This document shows, one piece after another, positions 53,733 to 64,000 of a stretch of DNA of 64,000 bases. A model generated the notes under the pieces. That model did not search any database. It was not told the DNA's origin and was given only the letters and a program-made list of their open reading frames with translations. The stretch spans positions 54,932,001 to 54,996,000 of the forward strand of contig JBITNC010000001.1 in NCBI GenBank assembly GCA_050084985.1, written 5' to 3'. Position 1 is the first letter of the stretch. Every line of letters begins with the position of its first letter. A program made the translations under genes and the position numbers. This DNA is from Nageia nagi. Taxonomy: Eukaryota > Plantae > Pinophyta.

Positions 53733-53855
53733 TTTTTAAATATCACCATTTGTTAGGGGAGTTGGAAGACAAGTGAGGCACTGAGGTGCGAAGGCACACA
53801 CATTGAAGGTCTCAAGTTCAACTCTTACCCCCTCCATTGGTGATATTTGAAAAAT
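53733..53855 (+). other. tRNA-Val-like / SINE-like segment flanked by inverted repeats
   Basis: ACACACATTGAAGGTCTCAAGTTCAACTCTT...CCA resembles the 3' half of tRNA-Val including the B box. Flanks AAATATCACCA / TGGTGATATTT are inverted. Confidence 0.4.
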
Positions 53856-54494
53856 CTTGATAGGTCCTACAAACCAATAGGTTTAAAGGACATTAAATGT
53901 TGACTTTACTTTTTACATTTTAGTTTTTCAACGATATAGGATCCAAAGTGATAAGTTGGCTGTCTAAAGGCAAGTCAAGAAAGTCTTGTCATGCATCACC
54001 TTAACCAAAACATTCTTTCAGTCTCTAAGATGTCTAAATAGTAACCACCATGAGCTTTCACCAACCTCACCAAAATTTAAGTTGAAAGTGGGAAACAATA
54101 AGATTATTGTTCAACGAAAATAACTATGTGCCACTCATCTTATATGGGGGCAGCTAAAAAAAGAATGCCAATATAATCCACAACCATGTATGACAAACAC
54201 ACTAAAGAAAACAAATTCCACTTGGTCTTACATAGGTTAACCGATTCTCTTTTGGTATAAGAGATATGAAGCTTGTAAGGGGCTAGATCCTTGCTTCATG
54301 CACTTTGTCACACTGAAAACTCATCAAGAAAGCATGCAAATTTCAATAGCACAACATACACTTGCACAAAACTCGTATTCCAAATTGACAATGTATACCA
54401 CACAACTGTTGTTCTTCCACTAGGATGGTGCAGTGCTTGCTGACATGACTTACCTTGACCATAATAGGATGAATGACTATAACAATATTAATAA

Positions 54495-55171
54495 GGGAAA
54501 ATTACAAAAATGGCCTTCACAATCCACATATTTACAAAATAACCCTATAAATTATTTTATTACAAAAATGACCCTATCAAATTTTTCAATTAGAAAAATG
54601 GTCCTATAAATTTGTTTAATTACATTATATTTAAAATAATTATTATTATCGATAATATTTATGATTATTTAACAATATTTTTTACAAAATATTTTAAAAT
54701 AAAAACTAACTCATGATAATTATTACAATAAAAATATACAAATGTAATTGTAAATATTTTAAAATATTTTATGTAATTTAAAATAGATTTTTTTAAAAAA
54801 AAATTAAATATGTTAAATCATCAAATAAAAATTGTTTATGTATGCAATTTATATCATCAATTACATATTTTAAAATAAATAAACTAAAAAAGTATTTGTA
54901 AATAAACAATAATTATTTAAAAATAAATAAATTAAAATATTTTAATATTAAACAAACTAAAAATATTATTTTTTATTTGTAAATATTTATTAAATAACAG
55001 CATGTATGGAGATTTTAAATATTATATATTATTTTTAAACATACTTGAAAATTTTGGAAATTTTGTCATGACCATTTTTAAAAAATTTGTTAGGGTCATT
55101 TTTGTAATAAAAACTTTTATAGGTTATTTTGTAAATACATGAATTGTGAAGACCATTTTTGTGATTTGCCC
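54495..55171. mobile_element. Mutator-like MITE
   Basis: ~100-bp TIRs GGGAAAATTACAAAAATGG... / ...CCATTTTTGTGATTTGCCC; 9-bp TSD TATTAATAA / TGTTAATAA; AT-rich interior. Confidence 0.9.
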
Positions 55172-55814
55172 TGTTAATAACCCCCCAATTTCACAAGAAA
55201 ACCTATGAATGAGAGAAAGCAAGATAAAAATTAAAACTATTGTAATCTCAATGATCCAAATATGCCAACATGCCATTGCCACACATGGTGTTTCATCATT
55301 GAAAATTTCTTCCCTCCTTTAAGGCTCACAAAGTCTATCAAATCTAGAAAAAATTCCATTATTCAAAATAAAATTGTTTAAGTTGGCTCTTGAACAATGC
55401 AGTTTTGATAGTCTCACAAGCAACAACAATATCATAAAGGTTGCACCTCCTCACTTTGCAGTCGTGTTTTATTCTTTCTAATATTAGTTGTGGCCTTTGG
55501 AATGCATCCTAAGGATCGTTATCAGTTATTAGATGAATATTCAGAAATGAAAGTAATTTCCAATTTTAAAATCATGCATCCTGATGAATGGTAGAGGCCA
55601 ACGAACCTACATTTACAAGCTTTATATTTGAAAATCCTAACCTGCCTATAAATTTCATCCGACTTATGGCACTATATCCATCTACTATAACCGGTTTCCT
55701 GGCATTAATTTCTAAAAAGTTCCATCAAACTTTTTCGTATGAAAGCAGGGATTGGAACGTAAGCCTCCCCAGTGGTACACATCAGAGTAATTCAGTTTTA
55801 GATATTGTATACAT

Positions 55815-56183
55815 TTTCTAGTTGTTGATAATTAATGTGTACAGATCAATTTGATTAAAGGAAATACGTTTATCATATAGTGTTGAATACATGCTGTGAA
55901 AATTGGAAAAGTTATAATACTAGCACCAGAAATTCTTTTCTAGTTGTTGATAACCAATGTGTACAGATCAATTTGATTAAAGGAAATACGCTTATCATAT
56001 AGTGTTGAATACATGCTGTGAAAATTGGAAAACTAATAATACTAGCACCAGAAATTCTTTTCTAGTTGTTGATAACCAATGCGTACAGATCAATTTGATT
56101 AAAGGAAATACGCTTATCATATAGTGTTGAATACATGCTGTGAAAATTGGAAAACTAATAATACTAGCACCAGAAATTCTTTT
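55815..56183. repeat. Tandem repeat, 3 x ~122 bp
   Basis: TTCTAGTTGTTGATAA...ACTAGCACCAGAAATTCT occurs three times, nearly identical. Confidence 0.95.
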
Positions 56184-57062
56184 TATTTGAATGCTGTGAA
56201 ATTGAGACTCAAAAGAAGTGCACCAGATAGTGAATCATTCAAATTACTGGGCATTTTACTTAAATTTGAGTTTAAAAGAAAGTTATATCACATTTTCACT
56301 ATGAATTTAGTGACAGAAAGAAATCAACAGTGATAATTGGTTGAGAGGAGTTTTATGGTCTCTACTGATAGATTTATTCTTCATTATTTCATGTTATCAT
56401 CATTATAAATTTTTTGGGATGAAAAAGGCTTCAACGTACAAACATTTGTAGAGAATGTGCACCTCCAACAAAGCAAGATTTTTATGAAATTTGACTCATG
56501 GAGTTTTGCAGCTTTTCACGAAGATACCCGCTTATCAAAAACCCAAAGGCTAAAGGATTTCAGAATAAATCTTCCTTGAGCTAAAAATTGCAAGAATGTG
56601 AATGACATGCATGTTCTCAACAAAATGATATGTCAATATGTAGAAACATCTACAATGTAATATCGAACTGCAAAAACAAAGCAAAAGTCCCTCTCTGTAT
56701 CCAAACGCTGTTGGGGGAATTCACCACCCCACAATATTTGCCTGACTCGAAATCCATGCATTTTTAACGAATGAATAATCATATCCATCTATTAAAACCT
56801 CCCTAATTCCTTAATTCTAAAGATTCCTAGCAAAAACTTAATTGACAAAAGATAATGAAGCTAAGTGGTTACTGACCATACTATTGTTTGCAATGTGAAC
56901 TCTATATCTATAGCCTTTATTAGAACTTCAGAAGTGCTATAAAGGTGTCAAACCTAGACCACATACCTAATTAATGTCTGCAACCTTAGGTAGAAAGAGA
57001 ATTTGTCAATTCACATTATATATACAATTTCAGATTATTCACCACCTTGGGTTTCAACCATG

Positions 57063-57247
57063 ATGTTGAGACTCTATATCTGTCCAAAGGCGGATAAACA
57101 GAAGAAAACCACCAAACATTTTTGCTTGGTTCTTTCATCTATCATACATAATGGATTCCAAACAGATGTTGAGACTCTATATCAGTCCAAAGAAGGATAA
57201 ACAGAAGAAACCACCGCACATTCTTGCGTAGTTCTTTCATCTATCAT
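57063..57247. repeat. Tandem duplication, 2 x ~102 bp
   Basis: GATGTTGAGACTCTATATC...GTTCTTTCATCTATCAT occurs twice. Confidence 0.85.
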
Positions 57248-58068
57248 TTATGATGTTAATTGGGTTAATATTATATGTTTTTGTTGTATATTTGTTAATA
57301 GTTGTATAAACAGATTTGCATAAAGTATAGGATTTTTCATTTGCCATGTTTTTTAACCTAGTCCCAACCCCATCATGAGTCAAAAATCAGGTCTGTCAAG
57401 TTCCACATGATTTATGGTCTCAGCAATAAGGCTCTATCCCTTGTTAAATTAAGAATTGCCAACAGAGTGAAGGCCAAGTTTTCTCTGGGCCTTTTCTCCT
57501 CTAGTCTTGGTAAAAAAAATTCATGTGTTGTGACAATTCAAAATATATTATGTCCATGTCTATCAGATCACATCCTGAATGTTTCAAGGCACTGTAATAC
57601 TTTGCAAACCCTCCTTAAACACTATCACAAAAACTAACATATTTTCTGAAGGACTACCGTTTAACTAATTAAAAATATAAATAAAATAATTGGCAAATTA
57701 ATAATTTCCTTTAAACAAATCCAAAATTTCAATAAACTACAGAATAATTTCTGAGTTGGACAACATTTAAGAAATATCAGTATTTTTCACTTAATACAAT
57801 TTTTTCGAGATTAACCCATAACAAATATATCCCCTACATTCCAATGTTAAACTGTTCATCTGCGCTGCATTTCAATTCGAATAAACAATTTAGAATTTCT
57901 TCACAATCCCTCACCCACAAAACAGATTTCATCCCAATACTCAAATCAAGAGCAATTCCCCAAAATTGAACCAAAATTTACTAAAATGTTTTACAAAATC
58001 CCATTGATCCCAGAAGCAGTGCATCATGCAACATGAAAGAAAACAGAAAGGCAAGAGAAGTTACTCAC

Positions 58069-58270
58069 TTTTGAGCGGGATCGAAGTGAAAAAGATCCCC
58101 AGATGAGGATGGCGGAGGGGCAGGCGCAGGTGGAGACAGGTCGAGGATTCGAGGTTAGAAGGGGAAGACGAAGTTATACTGGGCGAATGACCAGTAATAG
58201 CCTGGGCATTGCCCTTGCTATTAATATTCCTTCTGTGGGGAGAAGGAGACGGCATAGGCATGGTTAACAT
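58069..58270 (-). CDS. Exon 1 of a small plant protein of unknown function (S/P-rich N-terminus; start codon uncertain)
   Basis: CpG-rich open frame ending AAA A|GTGAGT (strong donor, phase 1). It joins |TG of exon 2 in frame: ...GIFFTSIPLKMMSIIRRRA... Intron 1 is 8.1 kb. Confidence 0.72.
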
Positions 58271-59599
58271 TCACCATTTAGATCTACATGGCCTTATATG
58301 GTTCCCATCTATTTATTGGACTTGTACTCAGACTCCTACTTTTACTCCTCCTTCTTGGGTAGTTGCTTTCTTTTCTCCTTTCATCCTCTCTCCAGAGCTA
58401 TATTTCATATCTTCCATGAAAACACCCACAAATATCCACTTCTGCTCCTTTGGAGACCATTAACATGGTCCCCTTCATTGTTTTGTTTGGAAGAACTACC
58501 CCCAAAAATCTGTCATGCCATGCCCATTTTACATGGAATTTGGGATATTCGAACATCTTTTTCATGTGGGAGGCCCCAGTCCTTTGATTTCCGTGCAACC
58601 CACGTCAATTGTTGTGCATATTGTTCGATATATATGGCCTAAGCTACACGAGATTGGACGTAGTAAGATCACTGGATTCCCAATTTCCCCTCATGCACAA
58701 CAAATTCCAACACCTCCAAAAACCCACAGCTTTTTTAAAATCGTTGGAATCTTTTGTTGATAAAAAGAAAGACAGAAAATTATGTTTTTTAACAATTATG
58801 ATTTGCACATATGGTAACATTATTATTTCATGTGGAAGACGATGGAAGCAATCCCTCTCATTTTACATCATATGTAAAGTTTTCTTATAGAAGATATATT
58901 GTAAGCAAATAAAAGATTCTAAAATTTAGAAAAAATTGAAATAGTTAGATTATATTTTGTGGAGAAAGGAGATTTACAAGGTAGAAAATAAAATTTAGCA
59001 TTTATAATATGTGAATGACATATGTTAGACTTCAAAAATTCTCATCAAGACAATGCACCCACTAATTTTTTACCCTTCCAGGAAAAGCTTCATTCATAAT
59101 TTCTTTTAGTTAATTGTGTATGTTTAATTGGCTTAATGCTTGTGCAACTCCTTATAGTTATCGGGTGTTGTCTTGAATCTCAAGGAAACTACATGTATCT
59201 ATAATACATTATCAAACTTTGCATTGATCCCTTTATGCATACGTGTCTATAATATATTGGCAACTTATGCATTTAGGAAATTCATAATTAAGTTGTGTGA
59301 TTCATCTATACCTTTTATCTTCATCAAAAATAATAGTTTGTAGTGCAATTCAAAGAGAAGAGAAGAGATTTCAAGATGTATGATGGCTTTGGCTTCATAA
59401 ACTAGTAAGAAAGGAGTAGCTTTTGTTGGTGTTCTGATGCTTGTTTAATATGCCCATGTTAGGAACCAAGAAGATATAAAATATAGCTTCGCCACTAAGT
59501 TATGGTAAAAGTGAAGCTTAATTACAGGCTCAGGATCCATAATGCGAGAGGAATGCAGCCGAGTTTCCTCCAAGGGGGGATGAACAGGTCGAAACATAA

Positions 59600-60299
59600 A
59601 AATGATCAGAAAAAGGAATGGGTAAACATATTCACCTGTGATAGGAATAAACTAGATGAATAAATTGATGTTGTATTAGAAACAAAGATCGTGAATAATG
59701 AAGCGCATATCTTTGTTCCTAAATCAATGGTGGACAGCAAAGCTAATAGATATCATAAAACACTTATAGGCCATTATGTGGGTATTCATCCAGGAATAAA
59801 GATCATTAGGAGATGGATGTTAGATAATTGGAGCACAAGAGGAACAGTGGAAGCAGTGGAGCTTCCTAGAGAATTTCTCTTCTTCAACTTTGTTTGTGAA
59901 GAAGACTTGGTGAAAGTTCTGGAGTTGGGACCCTAGTTCCTGGGAAGGGAAGGATTGGTATTAAAGGGATGGCACAAAGGCTTTAGACCTAAACTAGAGA
60001 ATATCAATTTGATTCCGACTTGGGTTAATTTACCAAACCTTCCTCCTGAATATGCTGACATTCTTGTGCTATTCTCCAACGCCTCAGCCAAGGTAATGGT
60101 TAATGGCCAACTTTCAGATTCTATCAATTTATTTAAACCCATTAGGAAAGGGTTCCCTCTAAACCCTATCTCTTTCTGCTTACAACTGATGCTTTAGCAT
60201 ACTTGCACTTGCTAGAAGCAAGAATGAAGGCAGTTGTGTGTTACGAGGAATTTCTATTCCAGGGGGTACATTCATCAACAATCACTTTGCAGATGATTC
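59600..60299 (+). mobile_element. L1 LINE: ORF1 (DUF4283-like) joined to an RT fragment
   Basis: LIGHY...RRWMLDNW...FLFFNF...ELGP...PTWVNLPNLPPEY runs directly into ADILVLFSNASAKVMVNGQ...NHFADDS. Cut by the insertion at 60300. Confidence 0.85.
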
Positions 60300-63200
60300 T
60301 GTTGGGGGCTTTTTCTTTCCTACCTTGCTAATGGGCAAATGAACTTACAAGGCTTGTAGGAAGACACCGACACCTGAGTGATAGGCCGTGACCCCTACCC
60401 GTTATGAGGACTAATTACCTCAAAGGTTTAGTGATGTAGTGTGAAAGAGGTTACTCAGGGGATTGGTAGAGATGTTTGAAGCTATCTCCAACTCAAATAG
60501 TATTTGTTAACCAACAACTCGAAGGGTCCTTGTTCCCAGAAATGGTTGTTTCTCAAAAGGAAAAGGAAAGTGAGGTTGCGAAAGCCGCGCAAAGCAAATG
60601 AAAAATAAAGAAAAGGGTTGAGAAGACAATGATATATGAATTCAGCACAAGTTCAATATTCTCACCGACTAGTACGGGTTTTTAAGACTAGGCTCTCACA
60701 AGCTTGTCACAAGTTCCATGCACTTCGGATCCGACTTGTTAGACAACAACACAAATGCCCTAACAAGAGGAGCTTGGGGCTAAAGCAATGGAGATAAAGG
60801 GGTGAAACGTGGGTGGACCTTGATCAAGGGAGTGAAGTTCCTATACTAAGCGATATATGGTAGCCATCTCAAAGAGTACAAGTCCAAAGTGCAAACTATG
60901 AAACGTTACACAACCATGCATTACTTGAAGTACTTCTAAGGATATTCAAGCACTCTTTTGTCCACCTTAAACTAGATTTACAAACTGCACCAAGTATTCA
61001 AGATAGCATAAGAAAGTAACACACATTCACATTCATTGTTTCAAATGAGAATATTCGTCAATTACTTGGAGTATATCACAATCACGAATTAGCAAAACTT
61101 ACATGCTTGAAAATATTAGGTAAGTTGTCCAATTTGCAAAATGTCTAATACCTTACAAATGAGCCCTAGTGGGCTATAAATAGTTTTGTGGCAACCCTAA
61201 ATGTTGCCCTAACCCTGATTTCAAAATCCAAGACATAACAAATGGTTCAATCAAAACTTGCCACATGGCATTACAAAATGTCTTCCAAGTTTGTGAGAGC
61301 AAATCCTCATCCATCACAAACTTGGGAATTAAATATCAAATATAATAAAATGTTTCATTAAATAAATGCATTTTCTTGAAAATAATATAAAACTATGAAA
61401 ATTGTGACTAAGGTGCATGTGGGCCCACTCGAAATCTTCATCTAGGAACTTTGCCACAAGTTCTAACCTGTGCAACATCTCTGACAGCTTCGACCTATTC
61501 CTAGTGATGCAACGCCCAACCTTGTCCACTATCCTATGCATATCATCCTTCCAAGTGCGAGCTTTAAGCAGGTGCTTCAAGTGACTCCCCTTTCTGGTAG
61601 GTGTTAACGTCATCAGTCATGATCAGGCTATGAAGAAAGTGTCTCGCTTCCGCCACTACCAAGTCTTTATCTCGAATCATCATCAATGAACTTGACCTAG
61701 AACTCCATCTGCTCGAGGTTGGTGTTAGCCTTCTCATTGAGCTTTTCGACCTCCTTTTGTACCTCCTAGAAACATGTAGCTATTTGATTGATGACACCCG
61801 AGTAGAACCAATACTCTTCACAAAACTTCACATCTTCGGGCCTTTGATCCTATGTCATCTCAAACTTCATGATCATAGGCCTTCAAGAATCCAAAATCCT
61901 GAGAAGGCTAGCTCTCTCCACCACAATGTCCTTCAGCTTCTGCTCTTCGAATGCTACCCTCTATAGTGCACCAATGAATTGTTGTACCACTACCAAGACC
62001 TCATCAATTTCTTTTTGTTTCACTACAATCATGCCCTCTTTAAGTGGCTTTATCTTTCGAAGCTCCTTTGTGGGTACCTTAGCCAACTCTAATTCTCTAG
62101 TCAATTTCTTTTGTGCAGCTAACTCCTTCCTGAGACTTTTAATCTCCTTTTCTTTCATCATCCCATCTTTGGTGATTGTCTCAGTGTTGGAGATAATTGC
62201 ATGATTCCGACTAGCCAAACCAATAGGACCTATATAGATAATCTAATTTACTTGTCTGAGGTCTTCAGGTTGTTGGGGATTATCCTTGTCCGCGATTATA
62301 GTCTTAATGTGAATCGCGTTATTGGCCAAATGCACATAAGTCTAGTTCTTACTCAGGCGAGTGGAGCTTTTTCCTATTTGATCATTCTCTTCTCTCACTC
62401 CAACCTCCTCCCCGACATCCATGTTGAACACATCCAAACATGCCTCCATATTAACTCCCCATTCATCTGTAGGTGGTGGCTGATAAGTCTCAACAACTGC
62501 TTCCTGAATGGTGGTGGTACTTTTCCTGGCCTTTTTCAAGGGTCTTGCCTTTTCTTCACCAAGTTCTTTGAAGGTTTCTATCCTTCATGACTATGAAGTT
62601 CTCTTCAACTGGGCTCTTCTTTGTATTGTCTCTGAGGCCGGTCTCTCACCCTTCTCTGTAAATGGTTCAAAAGCCATGGTGTTCTAGCCCCTTCACTATC
62701 TCCAAGGATTCGTCTTCTTGCTATGTATATGGGATGTTGTTGTGTTGCACGGCATTTGCCTCCTATTCACCTTCTGACTCTCCTACTTCTCCTTCTTCCT
62801 CACGGTCATTAGGTTCGTATGCGGGACTAGTAGATGCAGACCTAGATAGAGGGATGACTGGTGATGGAAGTCCAGTTGCTTCTCTAGGTGGTTTGGATGG
62901 TGTGGATGGATCCTTCTCTCTGTTCCTGACACATTATACTATCTTGTCAGTGGCCACCCGCTCTAGCTCTCTCACATCATGCTCATTAATGGTGTCCCTT
63001 GTTGTACTACTCATTCTACTGGGTTCTTGCCATGCATTAACGCATACTGTCCAACTGGTGCTTCAACTATGGGAGGAAACTGGGTGACCCTAGAAGTGGA
63101 CTCTTGAGGTCTTCTTCCTTTTTGTTGTGACAATCTCTTATTGATAGTGGCCTCAACAAGGTGTTGCTAGTCATGGGCATCCTTATGCATCTTTTCACAA

Positions 63201-64000
63201 ATCTTTCTCATCTCTACCTCGTTGCTCACATTTCGGAAAGGTTCCTCTTCTCCAAGTGGTTTGTGCTCATAGGCTTTCTTCTTTTCCTTCATGAAGAACT
63301 GGTGCAACCTATGGTCAAGGTCATAATGGTCGACGGTAGGCATCTTCTTGAAGTTAAATCTTGCCAACTCTTCTTTCATAGTGTCAATGTCTGCCCAAGA
63401 CTTACACTGGTATTCACCTACTATAATCGGCAAATTTGAACCAGCCAATTTCTTCTACCACACCTGTTCATGTAGATAGGCCAACTACCTCATAATCTCC
63501 ATAAGAAGCAATTTGTTGCTCACGAACCTTGGCAATTGATATGGCTACACGATTGACCCATGGATTTTGATAAAGGAATAGTGTTGGTGATGGAGGAAGA
63601 AGTCCCCATGCTTCCTCAATGCATCCTAGGCTGAGTTAGAGATCCTTGCCATTGTGATTTCTCCTTTGAGCTCCATGTAGATCTCATACTCCCATCCATC
63701 CCATCTCCTCTCAAGTTTCCATTTAGGGTAGAATCTCCAAATGGCATAGGTCCCCTTCTCGATCAATGCCAATTCTCCTTTTTTCGTAGTCCTGTATTTG
63801 CCATGAAGCAACATGTACACCAAGTATGAATTGAGGTAGAATTTGCGAGTGGTGCCTATGGATGATAACTGATCAACGATTGTGTCACTCAACACCTTGC
63901 TCCACCTCATCCTTGTCCCTCTAGCAAATTACATGATGAAGCCAAAGACCTCTTTCCTGAATTTCAAAGCATCTTCCTTACCAAGAACTCTGGACAATAG
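60300..64000 (-). mobile_element. Second, diverged copy of the ORF-carrying giant LTR element (runs off the window end)
   Basis: TGTTGGGGGCTTTTTCTTTCCTACC closely matches the reverse complement of the 48744 terminus. Minus-strand ORFs (WSKVLSD...FYLNSYLVY, KEKEIKSLRKELAAQKK) match 44448-47740. Confidence 0.85.

Overview
AT-rich nuclear DNA from a large-genome land plant (TE spectrum and long introns suggest a gymnosperm; inference). About 1-33 kb is mostly nested, decayed transposons: Copia and Ty3/Gypsy LTR remnants, L1-type LINEs and Mutator transposase pieces. That part also holds one intact tRNA-Val(AAC) gene at 9022-9095 (-). About 33-58 kb looks gene-body-like. It holds two exons of a small minus-strand protein gene (58270-58069 and 49957-49845), an intronic hAT transposon with TSD, MITEs, many local tandem duplications and an orphan NAD kinase (NADK2-like) exon. 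The most unusual item is a 5.77-kb TGTTG...CAACA element at 42980-48744, with a diverged second copy at 60300-64000 (-). It looks like a giant solo LTR with no gag/pol. It carries a ~1100-codon accessory ORF with signs of purifying selection, preceded by eight 46-bp palindromes at roughly helically phased spacing. All calls were made by eye; no database searches were run.
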